In this document: positions 45,908-56,522 of the stretch, in pieces
Layout of the letters: the number at the start of each line of letters is the position of its first letter
Numbering within the stretch: the stretch's first letter is position 1
From: a virus
Lineage: Duplodnaviria; Caudoviricetes
Virus record (IMG/VR): IMGVR_UViG_3300025131_000044
Location: 1 to 56,661 of that record
DNA length: 56,661 nt
Reading direction: 5' to 3' (one strand)
Notes under the pieces: generated by a model
Told to the model about the DNA's origin: nothing
Seen by the model: the letters and a program-made list of their open reading frames with translations, nothing else
Database searches by the model: none
Made by a program: the position numbers and the translations under genes

Positions 45908-46094
45908 AATTAAAGTCTCCTCTTATACATATATAAATATACATATATATTTATTACCACTTGTTTTTTTTACTTTTTCTTTGTTTTTTTAATTTTTCTT
46001 TAAGTTGTTTTTTCTTCTTCAGTCTTTTATTTTTTTTTCTTTCAGTTCTCTCTTCAAAATCGTTCCAACTCTTTGGGTCTATTTTAGACATTCT

Positions 46095-46952
46095 TTATTT
46101 CTCCTCTTCTACTACAGCTCTACCCTTTAAATCTTTCCAATCTTGTTCTGGTCTTACTTGTAAATTAGTTTTCCAAGCCCCATTAATTGTATTGGTTTTT
46201 ACACCAACACTTTTACAAAAAGACATAAAGGCATTGATATCTTTCGGGAAACAACTACCACCGAAACCCATTTTCCCATCAGGTCCTGGTACATTTAAGT
46301 GTGAATCTCCGATACGCCCATCCGCAACAAATCCTTCTAGTGCTTTTTCCCAGTCAGCACCAATAGTGTCACAAATCAATTTCATTTCGTTTGCAAATGA
46401 AACTTTTACTGAAAAGAATATGTTACAGAAATATTTAATCATTTCTGATGTTTTATAATCTGTCTGGATTATATGACAATATTTAAATCTTTCATTAAAT
46501 AATTCTGCTACCTGTGATGTATGTATTTTATTACCACCTAATACTATTCTTGTTTGATTGATAAAATCTAACCTAGCTGACTTTTCAGTTAAAAACTCTG
46601 GATTAAATACTATATTCAAGTTAGGAAATTTTGTTTGTAATTTTTCTGTCGTTCCTGGAACAACTGTTGATTTTAATATGATAACATTGTTATCATTTTT
46701 GTTTACATCATCAATCTGTTTAAAAGCTTCATTGATAAACTTTAAGTTTATAGAACCATTTTTATTCATCGGTGTAGGTACAGAAACAAACACAAAATCT
46801 GATTCATTTACTGTTTCTTCCAATGTATTCATTGACCTCTCAGGTAAAATATCATAAACTTTTACATCACATGTTCCTGTGGCTGCCGGTGAAAATCCGT
46901 GTGCTATAGCCCCACCAACATATCCATTACCTACTATTCCTATTCTATACAT
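46095..46952 (-). CDS. UDP-glucose/GDP-mannose 6-dehydrogenase family, short form
   Basis: GIVGNGYVG, VSVPTP, KSTVVPGTT, FNPEFL, GFGGSCFPKD. Confidence 0.9.
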   Translation of the reverse strand: MYRIGIVGNGYVGGAIAHGFSPAATGTCDVKVYDILPERSMNTLEETVNESDFVFVSVPTPMNKNGSINLKFINEAFKQIDDVNKNDNNVIILKSTVVPGTTEKLQTKFPNLNIVFNPEFLTEKSARLDFINQTRIVLGGNKIHTSQVAELFNERFKYCHIIQTDYKTSEMIKYFCNIFFSVKVSFANEMKLICDTIGADWEKALEGFVADGRIGDSHLNVPGPDGKMGFGGSCFPKDINAFMSFCKSVGVKTNTINGAWKTNLQVRPEQDWKDLKGRAVVEEEK

Positions 46953-47832
46953 CTTTACCTCTCCTATTTTCCTTCACCCAGGCCTGTACATAATCTTTTA
47001 CATTTTTTGTAGGTATCCATCCTAAATCGTTTTTAATCTTTGAATAATCACATAATGTCATTTCGTACTCTCCAGGTCTAGCAGGTATATATGTGGTATC
47101 AGTTTCAAACATGTTTGCTATTTCATTTATAGAAAAGTTTTCTCCTCTACCTAATTCATATATTTCACCAGCAAATCTCATATCAACTTCACCGTGCATA
47201 GCTCTCATACATCTAACTAAACCGTCAACTATATCATCTACATGTGTAAAATCTCGTCTTTGTTCTCCATCACCAGTTATTGTTAATGGATTGTCATCCA
47301 TGTACTGTTGTTCAAATATTCCTAAAACTGTAGCATAGTTTCCTGTTCTAATGTGATGTTGTCCGTAAACATTATAGAATCTACAAATTATAGTATTTAA
47401 ATCATAAACTTTACCATACAATTTACACAACTCTTCACCACCATATTTAGACCAAGCATAAGGACTACCATATAATCCGTGATGCACTGAACTTGAACCT
47501 GCATATACAACAGGAATGTTATCATTTTTACGAGCATATTCAAGTACATTCATAGTTCCCATTACATTTGTCTCTAATGCAGGACCAGGATTTTTTATTG
47601 ATGGTTGTATTCTAGCTAATGCAGCTAAATGAAATATTATATCAACATCCTCATTCCAATTTCTAAAATTATCTCTAACATCTATATCTCCATATCGACA
47701 TCCTTCTACTTGATTTTCTCTAAAACCTGTACTATAATTATCAAAAACAACAACTTCATGACCATCATTTAATAATCTTTTGACTAAATTTGTACCTACA
47801 AATCCGACACCCCCTGTTACTAACGCTCGCAT
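46945..47832 (-). CDS. NAD-dependent epimerase/dehydratase
   Basis: VTGGVGFVG, HLAA, SPYAWSK (YxxxK), RFYNVYG, RDFTHVDD. Confidence 0.93.
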   Translation of the reverse strand: MRALVTGGVGFVGTNLVKRLLNDGHEVVVFDNYSTGFRENQVEGCRYGDIDVRDNFRNWNEDVDIIFHLAALARIQPSIKNPGPALETNVMGTMNVLEYARKNDNIPVVYAGSSSVHHGLYGSPYAWSKYGGEELCKLYGKVYDLNTIICRFYNVYGQHHIRTGNYATVLGIFEQQYMDDNPLTITGDGEQRRDFTHVDDIVDGLVRCMRAMHGEVDMRFAGEIYELGRGENFSINEIANMFETDTTYIPARPGEYEMTLCDYSKIKNDLGWIPTKNVKDYVQAWVKENRRGKDV

Positions 47833-49019
47833 TTAATTAGTTCCTCCTCATATGTTTTTATTTTATTAATTCTTATTTTAAATATTCCTATTTCAAAGTC
47901 ACCATCTTCAAGTTCTACATCATTAGCAAGTATTTCCGGCAATTGAGATATGATGTTAAAATGTTCTTGTGTCAGTTCTTTTGCATCAAATTCAACTACT
48001 ATATCATTATCAGGTTTGTTTCCTAACGATGACTTAATTCTTTTAGTTAAATCATAAATAGTATTTTCTTTTTCTGTCTCAATATAAGCTTTCCAACCCC
48101 AATCAGAATATAGTGTTGAACACCAAGGTTCTAAAATATGATTTAGCTCATGAGTACAGTTCTTGACAACAAAACCTATATTATATTTTGGCGGTATAAT
48201 CGGTTTCATTAACTCGTCATGTTTTACTGGGTGACCCCATTTACGGATGAAGTTTCTCATATTCTTTGTGGTAGTATGTAACCATTCAGGTGAATCTTTA
48301 CCCGGTGCACCTCCTGCCATTGGATTAAATCTACTACCACGACTTGTCATATGATACACAAACCCTCTCCAAGTCTGAACAAACTTACAACCATTCAATT
48401 GTAGTCTGTTAAATATATCTGAATCTTCTTTTGATTGTGGAGCGAATAACTTATCGTGGCCACCTACTGCCCAATAATCATCCTTGTATATAGCCCATGG
48501 TGCGAATATACCTTCTGTTGTTTCTTTACCTAACTTTGAATGTGTAAGTTCAGGAAATGAACTTAACCAATTTAATAGTTCTTGTTCTTTAAATTCTTCA
48601 GGCTCAATACCATAATCCATTAGTATCTTTTCAGGACCGTCTGGATGTAACGATGGTTCTATTCTTGTAGCACTGACCACTACACCTGGCTTTATATGTT
48701 TTAATATTTCTTCATCTAAACCAGGAGTAACATACATATCAGCATGTAAAAACATAACTATTTCATTTGATGATTGCTCACATAAATAATCATACCAATA
48801 AACAATACCTTTTCTTTCATTAGTGTTGTTTTTAAATATTTTTACATTTGGGTCGGCCTTCTGAATCTCTTGTAACCATTCCCAAGTACCATCCTGAGAA
48901 CAATCATCTGCCAAAAGTATTTCATGTCTGTAACCTACATTCTTTCTGATAGAATTATACATCCATTTTAAATAAGATATATTGTTTCTACTTGGTGAGA
49001 TAAAACTAATTGTTTTCAT
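47820..49019 (-). CDS. Glycosyltransferase family 2
   Basis: ISFISPSRNN, LADDCSQDGT, LHADM, GGHD..F...EDSD. Confidence 0.88.
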   Translation of the reverse strand: MKTISFISPSRNNISYLKWMYNSIRKNVGYRHEILLADDCSQDGTWEWLQEIQKADPNVKIFKNNTNERKGIVYWYDYLCEQSSNEIVMFLHADMYVTPGLDEEILKHIKPGVVVSATRIEPSLHPDGPEKILMDYGIEPEEFKEQELLNWLSSFPELTHSKLGKETTEGIFAPWAIYKDDYWAVGGHDKLFAPQSKEDSDIFNRLQLNGCKFVQTWRGFVYHMTSRGSRFNPMAGGAPGKDSPEWLHTTTKNMRNFIRKWGHPVKHDELMKPIIPPKYNIGFVVKNCTHELNHILEPWCSTLYSDWGWKAYIETEKENTIYDLTKRIKSSLGNKPDNDIVVEFDAKELTQEHFNIISQLPEILANDVELEDGDFEIGIFKIRINKIKTYEEELIKCER

Positions 49020-49974
49020 TTATAACCTTTTTTATTATTTCATTCATTCTATAAATATATTCTTTTTCACTAAAAAATACATTAAAGTTATTCTTAGCAG
49101 TTGCACTCTGTGTTTCATAAAAACCGCTATCATTCTTTAATTTATTTGCTAACTCTCTAGCGTGCCGTAAGTCATTCATCTCAATTGTTAATTGTGGATG
49201 ACAATGTTGTTGTGTATCTAACCCTTCATAACCAATACAAGGTATTCCGTGATAAGCACAATTCAATGCAAATGTACCGGCCGCATGTGTTGGCATTAAA
49301 TGAACAGCGTATTTAAATCTTGATAAATTATTTACCCACTGTACCCAATTCATGTAAGGTAAGTGATTAATATCCATCTCATCTTCTCTTTCTATCTTCC
49401 TGCCCATTGAAGGGGCATAAATACTTTCATCAAACTCCTGAGCTACAATATAAGAATCAAATCCACCATACCATCTTACCATATTACCACCAATAAGAAC
49501 ACCACTTCTATCTACAGGTTTGGTAGTTGGTTTTATCTCATCTGTAATCATCAAAGACCTGTTTTGATAAACATGTTGTTTTTGAGTAAGTCCTTTGAAA
49601 TATTCTACATCAGCTTTGTTATGACCAAATATCACATCCATTTCCATTAGTGCATTGTAATACCATATCTGCTGTTCCATTGGATAATCTTGAAAGTACC
49701 AATACGGACCTTCTTGCATATAACCTATTTTCTTACAGACTCTTTTCATTTCTTCAATCATAGGAAATTTCATTAACTGGTCTATTTTTGTTTTAGGTAT
49801 GATAACTATACCTAAGTCATATTTTTTATCCTTTAATTCTGGTAATTTACCTATATGATGATGTGTAGAATTAAGTGCAACATACCAAGCATATTCTGTT
49901 CTCATGTTTTCAAAATTTCTTGATATTTTACCCTCAAAACCAGACTCACTGAAAAAAGCTATTTTATGACTCAT
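49006..49974 (-). CDS. Putative GT-B glycosyltransferase
   Basis: C-terminal AGTFALNCAYHGIPCIG; start moved to MSHKIAF. Confidence 0.6.
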   Translation of the reverse strand: MSHKIAFFSESGFEGKISRNFENMRTEYAWYVALNSTHHHIGKLPELKDKKYDLGIVIIPKTKIDQLMKFPMIEEMKRVCKKIGYMQEGPYWYFQDYPMEQQIWYYNALMEMDVIFGHNKADVEYFKGLTQKQHVYQNRSLMITDEIKPTTKPVDRSGVLIGGNMVRWYGGFDSYIVAQEFDESIYAPSMGRKIEREDEMDINHLPYMNWVQWVNNLSRFKYAVHLMPTHAAGTFALNCAYHGIPCIGYEGLDTQQHCHPQLTIEMNDLRHARELANKLKNDSGFYETQSATAKNNFNVFFSEKEYIYRMNEIIKKVINENN

Positions 49975-50980
49975 CAAATACATCCTCCCAAGTAAATATT
50001 TTAGACTGATTAAACATATTATAAGCATTGTGTTCACACGCTTTATTAGCGCGTTCATACCAATCATTACTTCTTCTCTTTTCATTCATGGTACCATCTT
50101 TTTGTTCACCTTTAATATACATTCTTTTCTTTGGATGATTTCTATTGTGTACAAGTAAGATATTCTTAATTACATATTGTGGTACTGAATTATCAAATAA
50201 TTTAATCATACTATTTTGAAATGCAGTATCTTCATGCACAAAAAATACAGATTTTGGTATGTTAGCTCCAGATTTTATGACATCTGATGATATTACTAAT
50301 CCACAACCGTTAAATTTAAAGTTGTTTAAAGTAACAATTTCTAATTCTTCAACCTTTTCATTTATCTCATACATTTCATCTGCAGTCATTGTATATTTTA
50401 AACTCCACCAATTATCGTAATCATTTTCAATAAAAGGTTTATCTGTAAAGTCAGTATGTTCTACAGGTTTCCAAGACTCATCCCACATCTTACAGGTACC
50501 AAAGAAAGATACATATTTAGGTGTTGTTTCTTTTACACCACTGTGTAAACTATCTAGTATCTGAAATGTTTGTTTAGGTAGAATAGAATCTGTTTCTCCC
50601 CACATTAAGACATCAACCTTTTCACAATATTTATCATTAAACTCTCTACGATAATCTGCTATAGTATATGGTTTAATCTTTTTATTTGTTGCAGCTTCAT
50701 CTATGGATGCAGGATAAAAAATTACATTATGTCTAATGCCAAGTGTCGTTAAATTTCTTTTGATATCAAGGAATCTTTGAAATATTTCTTTAAGTTCTAT
50801 CTGTTCTTCATCTACTTGTTCTAGACTCTGTGACATATTGACGACTACATCTACCAATACATTGTTTCTATCTATATCAACCAATGCCTTTTTTAAACTT
50901 TCAAAATATTCTTCTATTATTTCAATTTCATACCATTGAACTAAACATCCTATTGCAAATGTATTATTTAATTTAACCAT
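49964..50980 (-). CDS. Putative glycosyltransferase-like protein
   Basis: WGETDS and VHEDTAF motifs, cluster context. Confidence 0.55.
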   Translation of the reverse strand: MVKLNNTFAIGCLVQWYEIEIIEEYFESLKKALVDIDRNNVLVDVVVNMSQSLEQVDEEQIELKEIFQRFLDIKRNLTTLGIRHNVIFYPASIDEAATNKKIKPYTIADYRREFNDKYCEKVDVLMWGETDSILPKQTFQILDSLHSGVKETTPKYVSFFGTCKMWDESWKPVEHTDFTDKPFIENDYDNWWSLKYTMTADEMYEINEKVEELEIVTLNNFKFNGCGLVISSDVIKSGANIPKSVFFVHEDTAFQNSMIKLFDNSVPQYVIKNILLVHNRNHPKKRMYIKGEQKDGTMNEKRRSNDWYERANKACEHNAYNMFNQSKIFTWEDVFDES

Positions 50981-51746
50981 CTAATCCTCCATAAAAGTGT
51001 TCGTATGTTTTTTTCATCCAATGTAAAGTCATCACTGATTTTTCATTGTTAGGTATACAATTATAATGATAAATCCATCCTATCTTTGTCATAGTCAGTT
51101 CTTCATCCAGTATTTCTTTTCTTGGCATATCAACCATATTAAATTCATATGGTAAAAGTTTAATATCAATGTTATGAGTCTTTAACAAGAAGTTTAAGGG
51201 TGTTTGGTCTGTACCTGTGTGAAATGTATTTTGCATTTCCTTGAGATGATTTTCATTCTGAAAATAGAATCCTACAACATCTTGAAAAAACTGTTTGTGT
51301 TTGCCATTAACTATCTGAAAACCACCATTAATATATTTCCACCATTCAATTGTTTCACCATCAAAAATGTATTTAGAATAATTTTCAATACTTCGTAATA
51401 CCCAATCATAGCTACCTTCATTATGTACACCTACATACTTATGTTCAGTCTTCTCAAAAAAATTAGGACACTCTGGGTGTACTATCGTATCAGAATCTAC
51501 CATAAGAACTTGGTCATAGTCTATTCCATTAGATTCTAATATATCAAACAAATAATATCTTTGCCAACAAATTGACATTCTCTCTTTTTCAATAACTAAA
51601 TCATTAAGTACAAAAAGTTCACAATTATTTTTATCGCACCATTTTTTCCAACTATCTATTGAATACTTATAAGGTAATCTCCTATCACTGGAATATCTAC
51701 CGTCACCTTTTAAATCTATGTCACTCATAAAAACTATATTTTTCAT
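50973..51746 (-). CDS. GT-A glycosyltransferase (GT8/GT34-like)
   Basis: VLMVDSDTIV (DxD), YINGGF, TDQTPLN, IYHYN. Confidence 0.8.
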   Translation of the reverse strand: MKNIVFMSDIDLKGDGRYSSDRRLPYKYSIDSWKKWCDKNNCELFVLNDLVIEKERMSICWQRYYLFDILESNGIDYDQVLMVDSDTIVHPECPNFFEKTEHKYVGVHNEGSYDWVLRSIENYSKYIFDGETIEWWKYINGGFQIVNGKHKQFFQDVVGFYFQNENHLKEMQNTFHTGTDQTPLNFLLKTHNIDIKLLPYEFNMVDMPRKEILDEELTMTKIGWIYHYNCIPNNEKSVMTLHWMKKTYEHFYGGLDG

Positions 51747-52213
51747 TTATTATCCTCCCATATACTATTACTAGAGTCATACTGTTGTATAAAATCACTA
51801 CATATTCCTGCACTACCATGTGCACTCTGCTTACGCCAGTCAGGTAAAAGTTCTGGTAATACACAAATTGATTTATGAGTTAAGGGCTTTCCTGGATAAG
51901 TCCAAATATATCCTTTTGAAGTCAATGTGTGTTCATCTTCCTGATGCCAGAAACAATTTATTTCTTCATTTTGAATCATTTCCCTCAAAGCTGCAACATT
52001 TTTTGTTTGACACCAAAAACCATCTCTCAACAGATATTCAAACTCTATGGAAAACTGAGGTTTTTCATTACCTAAGAACCAACCTTTATCAGTTAACCAA
52101 ACATCTATTTTTACATCATAACCCATATGTCTTACATCATCACACGCCATAGGATTATTTTCCATTAAAGGATTTTTACCATTTAGATTTCCGTTATTTG
52201 ATATTAAAAACAT
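51743..52213 (-). CDS. Glycerophosphodiester phosphodiesterase-like protein (degenerate)
   Basis: Paralog of 56079-56522; GYDVKIDVW, GICSDFI. Confidence 0.7.
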   Translation of the reverse strand: MFLISNNGNLNGKNPLMENNPMACDDVRHMGYDVKIDVWLTDKGWFLGNEKPQFSIEFEYLLRDGFWCQTKNVAALREMIQNEEINCFWHQEDEHTLTSKGYIWTYPGKPLTHKSICVLPELLPDWRKQSAHGSAGICSDFIQQYDSSNSIWEDNK

Positions 52214-54298
52214 TTATTTTTGTTCCTCTACTATTTGTTTTATGTCTTCAACAAGTTTTTCGTCTTGCCATTTTTTTGCTTTAAAATGTAAAATTTTAGA
52301 TTTATGATTTCTTATTAAATCCATCCATGCACCATTATGTGTATGTTCACAATTATAAACTCTACCATCTAAAGGCATTATCTTGTACTGATTAGGACCA
52401 TTTATATCTTGCATAGTTAAATCGTGTAATGAAGTCTGGTCATATGCTACACCCCAATGGTCAGCTGACCAATCTTTATTTACTCTGTGGTCTTCTTGAA
52501 GATTTTTCCAATCATTTAAAAATCTTTTAGATATTTTGTTTTTAGTTACAAATACATTACCTGCACTGACCGTTTTACCTTGCATATCAATACGAGTTAA
52601 TCCTAGTGTTTTATTTTTTTCAAATATTTCTGATATATCTGAAGTTATGTAGTTATCAACATCTAAAAAACAAAAATTACTAACAGATTCATCTCTATCC
52701 CAATAATCTAATATGCAATCTAGTTTTTTACCTACATTATTTATCCAGCTAGTATCTTTTTCTGTAATATCTATAAATTCTATTCTGCCATCCCTTGTAT
52801 CATCTTCCCAACCATCAGTGTAAATATAAATTTTTCTAGCTTTAGTTGCCAACCAAGATTCAATTGAAAAATCATAGCAAGCTTTATAATTTTCTGAACA
52901 AAATCCTAAAATGTCATACTGTGTATTTTTATTCATATTGCAAATAACACCTTCCATATCAAAAAATTTAGTTCCTGCTGCATGTACTAAGTCTTCTGGT
53001 TTTTCTCCAATAAATTTATCTATCGTTAACACACCTTCTTTCACTTTTTCATCAATTGCATTTTTTACTGCACCTGGTGGTAAACCATAGTCATCAAATA
53101 CAAATATAGGTTTGTCAAAGTGTTTTACACAATTTTCTATGTCACTCTTAACATTATCGTAGGTATGTCCAGCGTCTATGAATACCACATCAGGTTCAGG
53201 TAAATTCCATTCTTCTCCATATAAATCTGTTTTTATAAATTCTATATTATCTCTACCTTCACAATGTTTCTTTGCTTGTTCTATGTTCCAATCGTCCCAT
53301 TCTACAGTTACAACTTTCTTAAACACATAACTTAACATCCTTGTACTCATTCCTTGTGATGTACCTAGTTCTAGTATTGTTTTATCCTTGTAATCATCAT
53401 TTAAAAATGTTTCTAAAATATCTGTTTTAAACTTTCTACTTGTTGTATATTTTGCCGTATCTTTGTGTTTTACTTCGTTTAATATATCTTCATACATTAT
53501 TTTTTTATCTTTATAATTATCTTTAATAAAGTCCCATGTTTGTTGCATTAATTGAGTCCTTTGGTCTTTTGGTATACCATTAAAACTATAATTGTAACCG
53601 TATTTTATTATAAATGGTGTTTTGTCCTCATTTAATTGCCAGTTGTAACTAAACATATCTTTCCTGTGAAGATGTGTCAATTTAAAAGGTAATGGTAAAT
53701 CTATTTTTACATCTACATCATTAACTTGTAACCAGTAATTCATAGGTGTCTGCTCAGTACCTTTTTTCACTACCTCATCTTGTAATTTACAAAGCTCTGC
53801 TATATTATCCAAGTAAAATCTTTTAAACCCTTGAAATAATTCTTTGTGTTGTTCATTAAATATCATGAATCCAGAATTAACATATTTACCTATGTCTAAT
53901 TTAAAATCATCAAATATATTCTTATATCCTTGAACACTGTCATACACCCATTTCAAATTATCCGTGTCTCTAAATGCCGTAAATCTTCTATCTGTTAATT
54001 CAAAAAAGTTTGGAGCATCCCATCTAATCATAAATGAACTATCAACTAAAGCTATTTGGTCATATTCTATTCCCATCCTCTCCAACTCATCAAATAAAAA
54101 TATAGCTTTTTGCCAATTAACTCTATATGTTTTTAAATCTTCTTCGACTGGCACTTCAAAAGGCACAAATAAACAATCATTTTTTCTACACCAGTATTCC
54201 CAAGTATTTCTTGAATACTGAAAATATTCATAACTACCATATTTGTCTTTATGTGCTTCATTGATTACTGCTGGCCACCATATTACATTTTTTTTCAT
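52214..54298 (-). CDS. Fusion: GT-A glycosyltransferase + SAM-dependent methyltransferase + second GT-A domain
   Basis: LVDSS..YVNSGF..TEQTPMN; ILELGTSQG..VFIDAGHTY..VFDDY; CFLDVDNY..YDQTSL..ILHFK. Confidence 0.82.
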   Translation of the reverse strand: MKKNVIWWPAVINEAHKDKYGSYEYFQYSRNTWEYWCRKNDCLFVPFEVPVEEDLKTYRVNWQKAIFLFDELERMGIEYDQIALVDSSFMIRWDAPNFFELTDRRFTAFRDTDNLKWVYDSVQGYKNIFDDFKLDIGKYVNSGFMIFNEQHKELFQGFKRFYLDNIAELCKLQDEVVKKGTEQTPMNYWLQVNDVDVKIDLPLPFKLTHLHRKDMFSYNWQLNEDKTPFIIKYGYNYSFNGIPKDQRTQLMQQTWDFIKDNYKDKKIMYEDILNEVKHKDTAKYTTSRKFKTDILETFLNDDYKDKTILELGTSQGMSTRMLSYVFKKVVTVEWDDWNIEQAKKHCEGRDNIEFIKTDLYGEEWNLPEPDVVFIDAGHTYDNVKSDIENCVKHFDKPIFVFDDYGLPPGAVKNAIDEKVKEGVLTIDKFIGEKPEDLVHAAGTKFFDMEGVICNMNKNTQYDILGFCSENYKACYDFSIESWLATKARKIYIYTDGWEDDTRDGRIEFIDITEKDTSWINNVGKKLDCILDYWDRDESVSNFCFLDVDNYITSDISEIFEKNKTLGLTRIDMQGKTVSAGNVFVTKNKISKRFLNDWKNLQEDHRVNKDWSADHWGVAYDQTSLHDLTMQDINGPNQYKIMPLDGRVYNCEHTHNGAWMDLIRNHKSKILHFKAKKWQDEKLVEDIKQIVEEQK

Positions 54299-54300
54299 TC

Positions 54301-55374
54301 TTATCCCTTCTTTAAAATATTTTTTAATTCTTTTATATCAACTTCCCAAGTTGAGTTCATACCACCAGATATAGATAGTGCATTATCACTAGTAACAACT
54401 CCACTTCTTTTATTTACAAATTCAGTATGATTAAACATATTAAGATTTGTATGATTAAGTGAGTGTTTTAATCTATCATTGATAGGAAAAAACTCTGGAC
54501 TATTTATAGAAATAACTTTTGTATCTGGTGAACAAAATAAAACATTTGACATTCCACCACCAATACAACCTGCAACATATTTGGCAGACCTAAATAATCC
54601 TACCTTTTCTCTCATTGACAGATTTTCACAAAAGACTTCCTTATATCCATAACTTTTGAAAAGTTCAACAACCTCATCCTCATTCATACACATTCTTTCT
54701 TTTGTATAATCAGTTCCAATATTATCAGATTTAGTTTGTGTCCAAGTTCGTCTTGAAACATATATCTTTTCTTCTTTGATAGAATCATCACCATCCATAG
54801 AATCAATTAAAGAAAATACTCCGCTATGTGGAGATTCTAATGTCATTCTATTATGTGTTAATGATGATGCTACAATAATAGTTTCATATTTAGTTTTTGA
54901 ATCAAGAAACACTAAATCTTCCTTCGTGATTCCTAATAACTCTAAAGTCTCATATACAAATGGATACAAATCATCTTTACCCTCTGGTACATTTATTAAT
55001 ATTTTTAAATCATTGGTTTTCTTTTTTAATTCAAAATATGAGTATAGATATGGAACTGTATCGTAAATCCAATGAAAATAATTTGCACAATTATATACAA
55101 AATAAAACACTGGAGTAGTTTCTACTTTAGTTGTATTTATATTTTTACAATCCCACTGCATAGTTTCTTCATATAGTGTCCCTCTATCAAGAGACATAAA
55201 TCTTTCTATTGTAGGAAGAAGTAGCTCATCATTTGACTTAATAAGTGGTTGTGGATAATGAGTATTGATACCTTCAATCACACAATCTTTAAAATAACCA
55301 ACATTTATATTTCTTTCATCTGAAATATTATAAATTTCAGCTTTATCTGATTTATCCCAGTATTTAATTTTCAT
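54301..55374 (-). CDS. Glycosyltransferase family 61
   Basis: NYFHWIYD, KIYVSRR, NEDEV, LFRSAKYVAGCIGGGMSNVLFC. Confidence 0.85.
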   Translation of the reverse strand: MKIKYWDKSDKAEIYNISDERNINVGYFKDCVIEGINTHYPQPLIKSNDELLLPTIERFMSLDRGTLYEETMQWDCKNINTTKVETTPVFYFVYNCANYFHWIYDTVPYLYSYFELKKKTNDLKILINVPEGKDDLYPFVYETLELLGITKEDLVFLDSKTKYETIIVASSLTHNRMTLESPHSGVFSLIDSMDGDDSIKEEKIYVSRRTWTQTKSDNIGTDYTKERMCMNEDEVVELFKSYGYKEVFCENLSMREKVGLFRSAKYVAGCIGGGMSNVLFCSPDTKVISINSPEFFPINDRLKHSLNHTNLNMFNHTEFVNKRSGVVTSDNALSISGGMNSTWEVDIKELKNILKKG

Positions 55375-56086
55375 AATTCTTTAAATCCTTTGGTGTTCCC
55401 CAACAATGATATTTGTCTACATCAAATATTTTTATATCTAAATTTGTTAATGTATTGAAAATGTTATCAATATAAAATTCACCATTACTTCTTATATCAT
55501 CTTCATATATTTTTTTAACTCCATCTACAAAATACTTTGCTTTTTTGAAATAAAAAGTTCCAACTATAGCGTGATTGTTATAAGAATCTTCAAACACTTC
55601 TTGTTTAACATATGTTTTCAATAACTTATCACCGTCGACATCTAACCAACTATAAGAACTTGGATTACTTGAAAAAGCTTCATTATGTATTGTAGTCCAA
55701 ACTATTACATCAGCATCTAACGAATCATATTTATCTCTATCCCATTCAAGACCATAATCACAAGAACTAATCAGTAGAGGTTTTTCTAAATTAATTGTAT
55801 TTGAACTTGTTATTCCATACTCTGCCGTACATGCTTGCCCTTCAGTAACTTCGTCTAAGTAAATAATTTCAGAATTTGGATGTTTTTCAAATAATATATC
55901 ATCAATTTTATATTTGTCGACATGCTCTCTAAGACATACAAAAACATATTTATCTGATGGTGGTAAACACTTTATAGCCTCTTCGAACATATAATTACCA
56001 TTAACTCTAATTAATGGTTTCGGTGTATCATAACCCTCTTTTGAAAAACGATGCCCTTTACCTGCCAATGTTATCAAATTAATCAT
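55364..56086 (-). CDS. Sugar-phosphate nucleotidyltransferase family protein
   Basis: LAGKGHRFSKEGYDTPKPLI, TEGQACT, NGEFYI, WGTPKDL. Confidence 0.88.
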   Translation of the reverse strand: MINLITLAGKGHRFSKEGYDTPKPLIRVNGNYMFEEAIKCLPPSDKYVFVCLREHVDKYKIDDILFEKHPNSEIIYLDEVTEGQACTAEYGITSSNTINLEKPLLISSCDYGLEWDRDKYDSLDADVIVWTTIHNEAFSSNPSSYSWLDVDGDKLLKTYVKQEVFEDSYNNHAIVGTFYFKKAKYFVDGVKKIYEDDIRSNGEFYIDNIFNTLTNLDIKIFDVDKYHCWGTPKDLKNYEN

Positions 56087-56522
56087 TTAGTAATCCTATA
56101 TAATCTGAACATACACCATAAACTTGTGTTGGTGTCCAATTCATAATATCATTTTTATCTATCAATGGGATAATACATTTTTTATTTACATTTTCTAAAT
56201 TGTGTGCCCAAATATGTTTATCACTTATTATAGTATAATCTTCCTGTAAATGATAAAACACTTTTAAATCAGTATCTACCAATTCAGATAGTGATTCAAA
56301 ATTCTTACAATGTATCCATAAATTATCTTTTCTGTCGTGTAACCAATCAAATTCAACTTCATAATCAGGACCATCGTGTCCTAACCAAAATTTATTATTA
56401 ATATAACGAACATCAATCTCTACATCATAACCTAAATCAATGGCCTGTTGGATATATGATTTAGTATTTTCTTTTTCAAGATTAACACCATCTACATTTC
56501 CTCTATGTGATATTAAAATCAT
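56079..56522 (-). CDS. Glycerophosphodiester phosphodiesterase-like protein
   Basis: ISHRGN...ENT...GYDVEIDV...LGHD...WIHCKN...GVCSDY. Confidence 0.8.
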   Translation of the reverse strand: MILISHRGNVDGVNLEKENTKSYIQQAIDLGYDVEIDVRYINNKFWLGHDGPDYEVEFDWLHDRKDNLWIHCKNFESLSELVDTDLKVFYHLQEDYTIISDKHIWAHNLENVNKKCIIPLIDKNDIMNWTPTQVYGVCSDYIGLLND

